Below, piece by piece: positions 26,050 through 38,830 of a stretch of 64,000 bases of DNA. The number at the start of each line of letters is the position of its first letter. The stretch's first letter is position 1. The notes under the pieces were generated by a model that searched no databases, was not told the origin of the DNA, and saw only the letters and a program-made list of their open reading frames with translations. Origin of the DNA: Raillietiella orientalis (lineage: Eukaryota); assembly GCA_036172245.1 (NCBI GenBank), contig JAYWIR010000028.1, forward strand, positions 1,550,001 through 1,614,000, in the 5' to 3' direction. Both the position numbers and the translations under genes were made by a program.

Positions 26050-26300
26050 CCTCCGAGAGACGAATGATTCTCCATTTCATCGACGGAAATGGCGAAGAGC
26101 GATGTTCTTCAAGTGATGAAGACGTCTCTCATCTCCGGCCTTTGATTTTCTGCAGCTGATTTCTTCCCCACAACTTCGGAAAGATGACCAAGAAGCGGTG
26201 GACACAACCATCCTCTTCTCTGGAAATAGAATCCCCTCATACAGTCTACTCGGAAGCCCTTCACAAGAACTCCTCACAAGTGACTGGAAGGATTCTTTCG
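26050..26300 (-). mobile_element. LINE RT core remnant
   Basis: RRGWLCPPLL (QG.PLSPLL-like), QKIKG and SVDEM (YADD-like) in order, across frameshifts. Confidence 0.3.
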
Positions 26301-27949
26301 GCAGAGGTCAGAGAAACTCACCCTCAGCGGAGACCGGTAACTCCCAGCTCACTTGCAGCTCCCAGCTCGACTGCCGATCGACCTCTCCCGAGATCGCCAG
26401 GACAGGTCCCACAGAGATGAGAACTGCCTGCTCCCTAGCGTGTGCATCCTGAGGAAGGATGTCTCAGCTTCCGCTGCACTTTGATCTTAGCCAAAGGGCC
26501 GCCATCCTATCCGTCCGCATCCTCCTTCCTTTCTCCGCCTCACTTGGTTCACAGAACTCAAGTTGACCAGCGGCTTCGAGGCGAGGTGAGGGTGCAATGT
26601 GATTTTCTTTCCGAAGAAAAAACTACAAAAGGGCTATTGCCAGAAGCGTGCCGGATACCAAAAAGAGGGAAAATATTCCGGCAGGAGTCAAGGAAGAGCT
26701 GATAGCATCTTCTTGCTCATGTCTCCGCTACTTCACTCTCGCCTGTTCCTTCGCAGGAGGAATGGGAACTTCCGTCCCTCATCACTCCTTCTTTTCGTGC
26801 AACAGTGAGGACCCTTCTCTCCCTTCAGCTGATGCTTGCTGCGGCGAGCTTCTCACTTCTGGCTGTCTCTTGCAATCAGACTCGAAAACTCCCGCCGGTG
26901 GTGGGGACCACAGGAGGGAGTTTTCAAGTCTGATGTTATTACGGGGATGGAGCAAAATGAGCCACTTAGAGGGATTCATCCAGGACGTCCTTTGAGAACT
27001 TGGAAACCCTCTAGATGAGTCGCATTCACCCAGAATGCATCACGCGAAGATCACGCATGAGCTGGGCTGGCCTACTTCGGGGATGAGCCTAGATGTTTCT
27101 GAGATCCGAATACAAGGCAGGTGTGTCATGGGAAGGAATCTCCAAAGGGAAGTAACGTGCTGAAGCTTTCAGGATGCTGAGACTGTTCCACAATACGATG
27201 TTCCTGCAGAACAGCTCCGAGTTCTCCGAACGCAGAGGGAGTTCGCCTACTGCGGCATCTGCTGCTGTTGCAGACCTCGTGCAACTGCTCCACCTGGTTG
27301 ATGACGCAGCGGTGCGTCCAAGACGGGCCGTGCCGTACTCTGGAACGCCTTGCGTCTCGTGCCGTTCACATGCGTGCGAAGGTATCTCGGGATCGCCAGA
27401 GGACCCATGGCGTTCCCGGATGCCAGAACCTCAGGCGGCTTCCTGCCAGCGCTCGCACCGACGCTCCCCTATGCTCTCCTCGGAAGTGAAAGGGGGTGCC
27501 GGCTCGCGGCGGCAAACGACGAGGACGCTGCTGGTTCGACTTTTTCTTCCGGAGGAGCCGGCGAACCGGCTGAGGACCAGAGTCGACCCCGGAGGTTGGC
27601 TGCAAGCGACCCATCACCTACCACTGCTCGGCTTTGCCTCTTCGACGTGGCTCACGAGATCGCCACGCCTCCTAGTGGCGAGATCGGAACTTCGCACGCG
27701 ATGATCGAGAACGCGTTGCAGCGTCTTATCCCGCACCACTCACCTTCTGCGCGAGCGGTCCGCATCTCGCGGGCTCCTCCCGCTGGCGAAGCGAAGGTCG
27801 GAAGCATTGCGGGTTCTTCGGTAAGCGCCTCGGCTCACGGATTATGGAAGGAAACGGTTTTCCTCTGGTCGTCCTGGCTTTTAAGGTTGTGACGTTGCTC
27901 GCCGCTCTGGACGAATGCTGGAGGGGGGTTTACGGCGCCTGACTCTGCC

Positions 27950-28700
27950 GAAAGTGGAATCGGCGATTTCTGGTTGAGGATCTCCTTGTTCGGGGGTCCA
28001 CTGTGGGGAGGACGCGCAAGGAGGATTCCTGACAACCTACCGCCGGGATGCTGGGAACGCCGCCGCTCTGCAAGGTGAACTTCTCCAGGTCCGTCGGTGT
28101 GGACTGAAGCCCTTTGACTGCCGCAGCACGCAGAGTCCTCTTGGAAAGCTCCGCGACGGCTCAATCCGGAGATGTTCGCAGCTTAAAACGGCTAAGCTGT
28201 CGGCTTCATCTTTCGGAGTTGAAGGGCGTGTTCCTTGCGGAAAGGGATTCAAGGAGGAACCCTATTTCCGGCTTCGCACTCTTCACGAGACGAACGATCC
28301 TCCCCCCGCGTAGTTTCCCACCTCCAAATCGAAACGCTGAGAAGGCAAGTCTGAAGAGCAGAAGGAGCTGCGTACCTCAGAGGATTGGTCGCAGCAGGGA
28401 AAACAGCCCGAGTCTCATCGCGTTCGATTGAAAAGACGCCGTTTCTCTGGGTGTGTCTTCATGAAATATCTAGGAATGCTGGGATTTTGGGGAGAATCAT
28501 CGCAAGAGCACAGCCTCACAGAAACGGAGGAAGAGTATTCGAACGGTAAGCATTTCGCATACCCTCCTCTAAGGAGGAAGAGTTTGCACGGGTTGTGGAG
28601 TCACAGGCACTTGGCTCTGGTGAGCAATTCTTCCCTCCGAGCCACGCTCTCCGGAGCCCACTCTGGCATCGAAGAGGAACTCTGAAAACATCACCACTCC
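27950..28700 (+). mobile_element. LINE RT remnant
   Basis: VD-KPFD (~28100), GIQGG/PISGFALF (~28245-28285), LQI-NAEK (~28330), MKYLGM (28461) and WSHRHL (~28597), colinear with an L1/Tx1 RT. Confidence 0.5.
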
Positions 28701-31017
28701 TGGAAGCTCACTTGCAAATGACGGAGACACCTGATTAGCACGGAAGCTGCATAACGAAACCCAGGAGATGAAAAACTTGTGACGGCTTCCGCTACGTTTT
28801 CCCTAACATCCACTGTTGCACGCATACAGCGCCTGGAAGGAAACCTCGCAGTGGTGTTTGCGAACGGTTTCTTCAGCATACTGCTGGGCAGAGCTCCCCT
28901 CTGAACAGTCGTTCTGGGGTTATGGTGGACTGCTAACTGACTACACATTCCGGTCTTCAGGATGGTGTTCCGTCCGCCCAGATAATCCAAGGCGCGAACG
29001 GAGCCAAAAAGAAAGAAAAAAAAAAACATTGGGATGTAGGGATAGCATGAGCCTCACAGGTGAGGTGGGAAGACGAACCTGATCCAGCGCAGACTACGTT
29101 TTTCATCAAGAGAGAGTAAGAACGGTCTGCTTAAACGAGAATCTTTGAGTGGCTTAGTGCCCCATCCGGAATCCTTGACGATGATGGATGACAGCCAAAC
29201 AAACACGTCGAGCATTTTACAGCTGGCAATTCCATCTTTGAAAGATGCTTCTGATGCCCGCTATTCCCCGTGGAGAGGAGTTTCGAAATGGAATAAACGC
29301 ACTGCATGGGACAAGGAACCTCCTCTGTGCTGCTTTAGCTGCTGACAGATATGGTGTACTGTAGCAAGGAGCACCAGCTGTCCACTGGAAGATACAGAAA
29401 GAGCACTGCTGTACATACAGAGTGCGTTTTCAGACTAATCCCTGTACCCAAGCCTTCCCTCACGCACATCGGAACCTCCTGGATACGCTGCCCCGGAGGG
29501 AGGTACCAGACGGGCAGAATGCGCGACTCTTGCAAAGATGGATGCTGACCTTTCTCGCCTCTCCCGGGTCCCTGGAAGAGGCCTGAGGGCGCCGGAGAAT
29601 GCAGGTGGGGTAGAGCGAGCTCATCCCTCTTCCTTATTTACCCACACGCGCGCGCGCGCGCTTGCGGGAACGATCCTGTGCCGCCCTCCTTCTCTAGGTG
29701 GCCCGCTCCCCCTCCCTCCTAAAGGGATCGGACAGCGCTTGGAGCGCCTTTTGCCCCCCCCCCCCCTCCACGAGTCGCCCCGCAGCTGCCGCTGCTAGTC
29801 CCGGGACATGGGAGCGGTCCTGCACGGGTTCTAAACCAAGAAAAGAAAGGGAGGATCCTTCCCGGGGGAGGACGTAAGTCTACCTTCCCTGCTGGCTGCT
29901 GCCTTTTGGTCGCAGCTCGACCTCTTCAGGCAGGAACTCAGACGTTGAGGAACTTCCCTGCCGTGATGCATTGTTGCCGCAGGCGCTGGCCGCTTTGCAA
30001 CTCCACTTGCCAGCCAAGCTGGCTCCTCAGAGTAGTCCGCCATTCCCCATGACCTGGATGTGCATGCATTCCGGTGAACACGAAGGCACGGCAGAAAACA
30101 GGAGCTCCTGGGCTTCCTTTTGAGAACCGAGTCGTCGTCCCGACTGCCAAAGAAGCCGCATCGGGTCGATGATCTGAATGCACTGGTCACCCCCAGCTGG
30201 TGCCTGCGCGCCCCAAGGTCGGGCTGGTCCACCGTTGTTCGGATGGCTTGACCACATTGCCAGGGCATAACGACGCGGGAACGAACCTGTGGGAAAACCG
30301 AAGTGGCTCTCTCGCCTCTCGTCTCTGGTGGTCAGGTTCTCTTGTGGAAATGTCTCCCCGGGCCCGCCTCCGCTCGCCCGATAGACGTTAGGAAGCTCGG
30401 AACGCGCGGCCGCGCATTCCGGACCTTTGTTTACAGCTGAATGTCAGCGAAAAAGAAGAGGAACATGCTGGATGCCTGATTTCCAAGAATCATTATCTGC
30501 CGTGGGTGGATACTTGTTAGCAAGCATCTGCATGCTCCAGAAAGGAATCGCTCGAACGTGTTGGAATCCGGGGGAATTCCGAAGTCACGGTTTGATTGCA
30601 TCAGAAACGTGCCATCGAGCCGGAGGGAACAGGATCTTGGGAGGCGTTCCTGCCTGAAAATATGCACAGGTTGAGAAGAATCCGTGCACGGTCAAGCGAT
30701 CTCTTTCATCTCGGGCATGGAGCTGCTGACATCGTCCTCGTGGATTTTGACCGCGTTCCATTTTTGCACCGGTGAAAGGAGAGAAGCAGCTAAACCGCAT
30801 GAATCGTCTCGAGAAGCGCGTTTTGATCTGTTTCCAGATGCCCGTGTTGATCCGTGAGCTACCTAGCAACCGCGTGCTCTCTTCTGCTAGTTTGCTCTTT
30901 GCTATTTGTCTTTTCCTTTTCTTTTACTCCCTGTTTTGCATTCTCGAATCGTTACTTGGGAACACTGTGGGTTACCAATGCAATGAGCTGATATTTTCAA
31001 AAAAAAAAGAAAAAAAA

Positions 31018-31822
31018 CTCGCGTCGGCAGCCGTGTGGCTGCGGTCTCCGCATGTGGCGCCGAGAGCTGCAACTTCGAATCCCCACGTGGAGAACGAGAG
31101 GTGCGTCGTTGCTTTTGAGTCGCCCCCCCTCCCCTTCCCGCCGAAGGACGATGCTGCTTGGCCTACAGGGTTCTCGTGCTGTGGAAGCAGACGGTTGACT
31201 GGTCGGGATCGGAAGTCGACCTTCCAGGGCCCAGGAATCGAAGAGCCGGTTCCCTCTCCGGTTGTGAAACCGGAACCGCCCTCCATCGCGTACCACGGAG
31301 CTGGTCGATTCCTCTCCAGGATGGCAAGAAGCGCGCTGCCGCCTTCGGGAGGCGCCCTTCAGAGAAATTGGGAAGCGTCCCTCCGAGGTTTTCTTCAGAG
31401 GAGGAGGAAATGGGGCGAGGTTCCCTTGCGGATTCCCTCTGGAGAAGGAATTCCAAGGGCGGGTCCTTTCCGTTCTCCCTCCGGAGAGACTAAGGAAGAG
31501 GTTCCCTCCCAAGCGTAAGAGGAACGGAATCCTTCCTGCGGAGCCCTTCCTGGATTCATAACGTGGTCCCTACGGGGTTGCCCCCTAACTGATGACACCC
31601 TTAACTCTCAGGTGGCGTGGGCAGTGTTGAAGAGTTTCGTGAACCCTAGATGAACGGTTCTTCAGTACTTAACGAACCAAAAAAAAAAAAACCCGAAAAA
31701 AAAAAAATCTGTAAGGAAGGCAGTGAAACAGAAGAACTCCAGAGGATTTCCATCCTTCTAGGTCAACAGTAACGACCTCCCTGCGAGATCGCTACTGGCC
31801 TTTTAATAAAAAAGAAAAAAAA
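31018..31822 (+). mobile_element. SINE-like derivative of the LINE 5' end with tRNA-like head, AATAAA/A-tail and possible target-site duplication
   Basis: Head ...TGTGGCGCCGAG...TTCGAATCCCCACGTGG. Homologous to 45866-46710 (+) and 16560-17380 (-). AATAAA at 31805. AAAAAAGAAAAAAAA occurs on both sides (31003-31017 and 31808-31822). Confidence 0.65.
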
Positions 31823-32379
31823 TCACTTTGATTTCTGGAGACATCTTCTTTTCCTAAGAGGGAAACAGGACCTCCACATTGTAAGGGTTAAACGCAAAAT
31901 CCGTCTGCAACCACAGTATGTGTGGTTGTGGACAAGAATCCCAATCCTTTCCGCCGCTACATGTGGTCATCACGGATTCGACGGCCTCCTCTGAGTACAA
32001 CCCAGCAACCGGTGTGTGCAAAAGGAGTCGCCAGCTTCTCGTCGGCATCCGATCTTCCAGCAGCGGGGGAATCGCGACGATCTTCGGTTTCGCAGGAAAT
32101 TTCAATAAGCACCAATTAGGGTGCGCACCTGCCTCGTTCCAGATTTCTGCAGCGTCTCATCTCGGGCTGGAGCCATTCGTCCGACAGACGAGGAAAACGA
32201 GGGGAAGACAGCAGCTCCGCGCTCTCTGCCTTATAATTGGAATTTCCTTTCTTCGGGAGTGCGGACAGTCCCAATTTGTCGGAGTGGAGGAACGGAAAAT
32301 TAAAGCGCGAGCTGGTGAATGGAACTCCCCCATTTGCTCTTTTGTGTCTTCGAAATGGGATGAAAGCATTCCTGCCTCT

Positions 32380-32480
32380 TCTCTCTCGTGTCGTTAATAG
32401 GCTTGACGAGTGCTTCCCATTCTTGGAATGGAATGGGGAAGCATCTTCCACGCGATGGGATTATCTTGGTGAAGCAGAAC
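32380..32480 (+). mobile_element. Possible APE endonuclease remnant
   Basis: FLEWNGEASSTRWDYL resembles the FTW.....SRIDY motif; single motif only. Confidence 0.25.
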
Positions 32481-33444
32481 GCTCCAGTGACCGGAAAGCA
32501 TCCCCGGGTACCCACGGGGTGCAGAAATGCTTTCGTCTTCCTCTTGGAAGTTGCGAAGCCGCAATTCAGTCTCGTCTCGAACCGTTTCCTTTCCTCGTAT
32601 CACCCGAAAAGACATGCCAGTGATGAAATCATTCTCTTCCTGCTTGATGACTTATTGGGAATTCAAAACCGACCCACCGTAAGATGCAAGAAACTTTCTG
32701 ACATGTAGCGGCGAATTTGTCTTCTCACGCCGAGCTGTGGCACTGGCTGACATTGACATTCCATGAGGATGAACTGGCTGCGAGCTTGCGCACACTCAGG
32801 AGGAGCGGGTGAGGGTGAGGACACGGCCATGTTCTGTGACATGTTGACTTGTTGCGTTCCAGAGGACTTTGGAAAGGGGTCCTCTGATTTCTTCGGATCC
32901 GGCAGGTTCCTTCAAAGGAAAAACTGCTTCTCGGAGGCAGTCTACCCCCAAAACGCTCAGGGGCCCGAGAGGGAAACGAATAGAGGAAATAGCGAAAGTT
33001 TAAATCTGGTTCGGGCTAGAAGGGAAAAGCACTCGAGTGGCTGTGCGTTCTCTCCTGGTCCGTCTTCCCTCGTCGTTTCGGGAGCGGTCGGTGGTCCCTG
33101 GCGTCCCAGCGCCTCACTGCTTCTGCCTCTTCTTCAAGACTCTCAGCCCTTCCCTGTAGGATCTCATGGTGTCCCTGAGATAGCGCAGCTCGTCTCCAGC
33201 CACGTGCCAAGCAGATACACCATGCTGGATACGGACGTCCCACTCTTCCTGCCTGGCTTCACTCCGGTCCCCTGGGTGATGACGCACTCGAGCACCTTGG
33301 CCATCTCGTCCTCCTGGAGATCGTGGGCTAGCAGCGCCTTCCACTGGCTAGAGTTGGAACATGTCCGTCTCCATGGAATCCACGATCTCCTCCGGGTAGT
33401 CGATGCACAGCTTCGCCTTGGCTTGAGACCTGGTTGCATCGGGA

Positions 33445-36400
33445 CGTTTATTTATATAAAAATAAACTTACAAGTCGGAAGCAGGACGTTTGATCCTGCC
33501 ACGTTACTTATAACAACGAGAAGAAACCTGCCGGGAGCTGGCACTCAGACCAGCAGCCAGGCAACACAGGTCGCCTCGGCAGCCCAGGAGAGGGGGGAGA
33601 CAAACAAAAAGGAAAAAACAAAACAAAAAATGCAGTCAACAAAATGGGGGACGGGGGTTCGGGAAGGGATCACTGTGTGCTGGAGGGCGTCCTCTGCATC
33701 CTTGTAAGGATGTCCGCCCTGTTTCAAGACTCTCAGATGGGTCATCTTGACTCTGTCCTCATGAAGAGGACTGCAAAATAAATGGCGTCCCTGTCGTCCT
33801 GGCTTCCTTTGGCGTTGCTCTATGCAGCCACGATCCCGCGTAGGCAGCAAAGAGCTGCTAGGGATGCGGCCGGCGTGAGGGAGTCGCGCAGGAAGAAGCG
33901 CTTCATAACACCTCTGGAGTTGTCCTCGGGGATCTGCAGGGACGCTTCGCCTTGTCCTGGACGCAGCAGAAGACGTACGGGTGCTCGGTGGCGATCACGT
34001 TGGTGCCGTCCCTCAGCCTCTAGGTGGCGATCAGGTTGGTCAGCTTGAACCTCAGCTTGTTGCGGTAGGTCCTCGTCTCGCCAAAGCACGGCGTCAGCAG
34101 CTCCTCCTTGACGAAGCTCAGCAGCTTCTGCCGCTCCAGCTTCTTGTGGATGAACAGCATGTTCATGACCTTCACGCCCTTCAGGATCCAGACGACCCTG
34201 TGCACGTCGAAGACGCTCACCTCCACCCTGGAGCCGTTTGATCTTCCTCTTCGCCTGCAAGAACTCCGTCACCGTTACTGCCAGGATCTGCGGTACCGAG
34301 AGGTTCACCCGGTGCCGAAGAAGTCCTCCTCGAGCTTCAACTTCCCCTGGGGCGAAGTCGGGGCACCCTCGTCCAGGGACGGGTAGGACGGCGAGGCTAC
34401 CTCCCATCCTATGCGATGGATGAGCGACGTGGTAAGATCCCCTGCTGCACATCCTCGGCCACTTTGGCGCGGCAGCAGCCCAACCTCATCTGGAATCCCC
34501 ATCCGGAACTTGCCTGCACGTCGAAATTGCATTGCTGTCCTGGAATGCAAGAGGGAAGAAGGAGAACTTTCGGGTTCGTCTTGCATCGAGATTTCTTTCC
34601 CGACTACCGCCATGTCAAAAAGAGGGAACGCTCTGGAAAATTCAGAAGCGGCAGATCCCATCAAACTTCCTTGTGCGTTACTTGCGCGCTTCCGTCTGAG
34701 AGTTTCTTCTGTCTTTCTTCATGCTTGACTGTTTCTTGTCCTTCGTTGCGGAGGAGTTACGATGGGCGTTGCAATAAGTGTCACTGATTCACCATGGGAG
34801 TGCCACTGCTCTTTGTTCGGACAGGCATTTCAACAAGTGTGGTTTGCTGCAGAGTTTTGTTCTCGGCAAGGAGTAGCAGTGGAGATGTTCGCCTGCGGTA
34901 ACGCACGCCTCAGCAGGAGTGGCTGCTTGAAGGATGATTCTCCCGAAAATCACGAAACGGAATCTCGAGAGCTCGGAGGCACTCGGGGTACCATAATTAG
35001 GCATAGTTTCCCCCCTTTGTTTAGGGGTGGATTGCCCTCGTGGAGTCGCCGCTCAGAAAACATCTTCAGTCTGCCTTTTGTGTCTCCGAGAGCAGAAGGA
35101 TTCACGCAAGTGAATGCAAAAGATCTGGAAGCCCGAGTTCTTGCATAGGTGAACAGGAGTCCGTCAAGCGGAAAGAAGATCGTTTGAAAAAAATTCGAAG
35201 ACAAAAGTTGCGAGCGGGGAACTCTACTCTGTCAAAAGCGTAAAACACGAGAACAGTCAATTTGCGCGGCTGAAAGACTTTTCAGTGACTGTACTTCAGA
35301 AAGAGAAACGAGCGGCTTTTAATGGCAATTCATTTAAACACCTTTCTTGATCTCTTACAAATAGGATCCCTGGACCTCATTGTTCTCTTTCGCCAGCTGA
35401 AGCGACTAGTTTATTCAGCTTTGAACTGTGAACCTGTGAACCGAACCCTTTTCATTCCTTTGCATGGTCTTCTTCACATACCATCAAGATGGCCTTCAAC
35501 ATCGACGAAAGCATCGAGTAAGGACGGTGCAAACGAAAAATGAATCTGGGCAACCCAAGGTCCACATCGTCAAGATAAACTCGCTGGCCGAAAGTCGCTG
35601 CCAATAGGATTGCTGTGAACGAATTGTTTGTGAATTCTCTTTCGTTTCGTGATTTTCTTGTGAAATTATTCTTGGTGTGTACGAAGACTCGGTTTGTTCG
35701 TTATTGGCTATTCCGGAGGTTGCTATGAGATACCGTGGCGGTGGCAAATTTCGAGGTGCCAACCAATCTTGGAGTTAGGCTGGACCTGCACAAACGCCGT
35801 GTGCAGAAAGGAGAAAGGGAATGTTAAGAATTGAGACTCCTGAAGGTTCCATGGAAACTTCGATCCTCGCCAGGCAGTCGAGGAGATCTGATGTTGCCAG
35901 TCGAGGACCCGATAAATCTCTTCTATCCCGCTCAATAGCTGTGAGATATTTTTCCAGTTCGAAGATGGCATTCAGGAAGGAGCGCTTGAAAAATTCCAAG
36001 AACATGGTGAAAGGAAATTCTGTGTGCAGGTGAAATGCTCGGAGCGAACGTGTTGAGGTCATCAAAATCATGAAGGTCTTCGGAATTGTCTTTCCTAGGG
36101 GAAAAGAGGAAAGAACGAGAGTGCACTTTCAGGGTTGAGTAGCGACTTTCAATCATCAGTAAGGAGAGCGTTCACGAGAGAGGATGCGGTCTAACGGGAG
36201 GATTCAAGGAGAATCGCGAAGGAACCTTCAGATAACCTTTGGAGTACACAGGCAGTGCGGACAGAACCCAGTGTGGACTGGGTGATCCCCTGTAAGATGC
36301 ATCCCGTGGTTCTGTTCAGCAGCGCCGATTTCGTGCGTATGTTTACACTGTAATAAATGACGTAAACCACCTGTGCCCCCGTATTAAAATCCCCACGTCG

Positions 36401-36890
36401 TGTGGGGAAACCTAGAAAAAGCCCTAGTCTCTTAGCTTAAGGACTTGAGGGCAGATGAGAGAGCTGGAAAGGAGTCAATCGGTCCTATTTGAGCTTCTGC
36501 TCCAGGGAGAGGAACGAAGTGAGGAAAGATTGGAATTGAAATTCACGATGAGGAATGAGAGTCGACCGGGAACGATGGAAGAGCACCTTCGAACCTAAAC
36601 AGAACGTGTGTGGCACTCGTGGGATCAGAAATCGAAACGCCAAGCAAATTTGCCGTTTCCTCCCGTTCCCCGTATTTTCGTGATTGTAGCCAGGGTGTGC
36701 TCCTCCATCTACATTCCAGAGAGAGGAAATTTTGGCCATCTCGATTTTCCATCTGTTGATGTCCGGAGTCGAAATTTCCTCCACGTCCGTCCGACTTTGG
36801 CGTCCTCCCACGCACATTTTCATTACTGTTGGCCAAGAGGAGTGGAATGCAAAAGAATTCTGCCTTATTGTTTGTTTTTTTCTGCGCATC
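33445..36890 (-). mobile_element. Decayed, near-complete L1/Tx1-type LINE ORF2 plus 3'UTR
   Basis: Colinear motifs on the minus strand: A-rich spacer then IPLLLANSN (APE start, ~36850); SRLDRIL-like (36180-36198); AFDRVE (35221-35239); PLNKGG (GGLG-like, ~35020); RNKLRFKLTNLIAT*RL...TEH...C (zf-RVT-like, ~34070-33960); LAALCCLRGIVAA; 3' stem-loop; AATAAA (33447-33452). Many stops and frameshifts. Confidence 0.7.
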
Positions 36891-36949
36891 TATTTGCATG
36901 ACCATTGTCTGTCTGCCTTGGTACACAAGCCGACCAAGAACCAAATCGA

Positions 36950-37250
36950 TCAGAATGAAAAAGGAAATAAATAAACGGCTCCCAAAGTTAGCCTTCGGCT
37001 CATGATAAAGGCTTGATGGAAAAGACGGGCTTGAATAGGAAGAGCAACTGCGTCTACGAGTGCTTTCTTCCGCTCCCGGAGACAAAAAAGGCGGACTGAA
37101 GATCTCTTTGACACAACTCCACGAGGATGACTCACCCCTAAACAAAGGAAAACTATGTCTTCGCCCAATGGCGCTTTGAGAGGTGCTTTCTGAGATCTAC
37201 GGCAAGTCGTTTTAAGCTTTGGGGCAACTCTACCGTTTGGTTTGATTGCT
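36950..37250 (+). mobile_element. LINE thumb-region fragment, inverted relative to 34950-35150
   Basis: GGAGACAAAAAAGGCGGACTGAAGAT...ACTCCACGAGGATGACTCACCCCTAAACAAAGGAAAACTATG matches the reverse complement of ~35000-35090. Confidence 0.55.
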
Positions 37251-38599
37251 TGTGAAAGCTGAAACATTGTTCATGGAGATGTGTAGATAGAAACGGACGA
37301 TGATCAAGGTCTCACTTCGGAACTCAGCCTCCAGTCATCCAAAAAACTTAGGGGCAATCGACACGCCGATCCGCTTCCAAACTTCTTTCTGAAATGAATT
37401 TCATAAGCCTCAGGCAAACTGACATTGCTTGCCTGAGCGTCCACCAACCGAACATGCTTCCACACATCTTCCGATCTTTGAGGTGTTCATAAACTTCAGG
37501 AGTATTTCAAATATGGCTGCTCCTTACTTTTGGCCTTTTTTTTTTGTTTGTTTTTAAACAAGAGGATTCTTTGCCAAAGTGCCATGAAACTCAAAGAGAA
37601 ACGGTGCGTTCAGTCCCCTCTGACTTCCTCCGTGCATTTGGTTCTGTTGCCGTGCATTGCAGAGATCGCTATGGCCTCCCGAAGAGTCTGTTTTTTTTTG
37701 CCTCGGAGATGTGCTATGAGTGGGTGTTCTTGCATGCTCACCAGCATGGAAGATGTGAAGAAGCGTTCCTCTTTGTCTCGGAAATCCATGCTGACTCCCC
37801 TCTGTGGCCGGATGGGGGTCACTGATGCCTCCTTTGAAAAGATACGCAAAATACACCCTCGGAAAACCCTTTTCGAATCATCAGGCTCTGAATCCTCATG
37901 GATTCTGTCGTTCTGGTGGTGGCTTTCCAACCCTTCTGTGATGATCGAGTTTTCTGAGCACTACGATTGCTGGTTAGCTAGAGTGCTATTGCACACGTGG
38001 CTCCTTGAAGTTAAGGAACCATCAAGTTTTCTTGTGCTTGACGCTATTACTCTTGCGCCTCACGGAAGGGATTCTGGACAGCTGATGCCTCTTGGAACAG
38101 TGTAGCTCCCCACTTTCAGGTCGAACGCGAAAGACCAAAAAAGCTCGATTCGGGGTTTTCAAAGAAGCATCTCAGAGTGAGTTCTGCTCCATCGCTTACG
38201 ATCAGTACTTCACCATGCGATGAAGAAGAAGACAGCTAGTGGCAAACGAATCGTTGGAAAATCTGCACAGAGCAAGAAACAAATGCTTATTCTCCCACAA
38301 TTTTCAGCTCTTTTCTTTCCTTCTGGATCATGATCACTTCAGAGTTCCAAGAAGCATGCCGTTTTCACTCCGAGACAGTTCCCGACAAATCTCCAAAGAG
38401 GGCCAAGGGGGAAACAATTTTCAGAACAACCAATCAGCGACCCACCACTCTTACCAAGCACTGGTAGCTGAGATCCCTGAGGAATTCATTCTATAGTTTG
38501 GCTGAACAATGTGCCTCCGAGTCCAGAAACACCTGATTGCAAAAGTGTTCTTCTTTCCGCTGGTCTGGTCCAAATGCGGATGCTGCCAGAATTTTCGAA

Positions 38600-38830
38600 C
38601 TGCCTACCTCATGTGAGGAAGCAACTCCCGAGTGAGTCCACCGCTTCCTTTTCCTATCGTTTTCCTTCCCAAGGAAATGCCTATAAGGGTAGTTCTTACA
38701 TTCCATGGAAGAGGTGAGATCTCGGATTGGAGGATCAACACGAGTGCCGACGAGCCTTGGCGGCAGAAAGCATCTACGTGCATCGTGAAGCAAATCCACA
38801 ATGCCTTCAGGAAAATCTATCAAGTGTAGC
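38600..38830 (-). mobile_element. LINE RT core remnant
   Basis: FPEGIVDLL, then RQGSSALVLIL...PL..VR...GISLG, resembling the L1/Tx1 RQG.PLS..LF...EPL...R...GI segment. Confidence 0.45.

Noticed and set aside
33370..33447. Loose resemblance of the minus strand to 5S rRNA (possible 5S-targeting LINE)
   Set aside because: Identity is low and gapped, and the same bases show strong codon periodicity, so a coding origin fits better.
32763..33707. 314-aa plus-strand ORF
   Set aside because: Antisense shadow of the GC3-biased minus-strand retroelement remnant.
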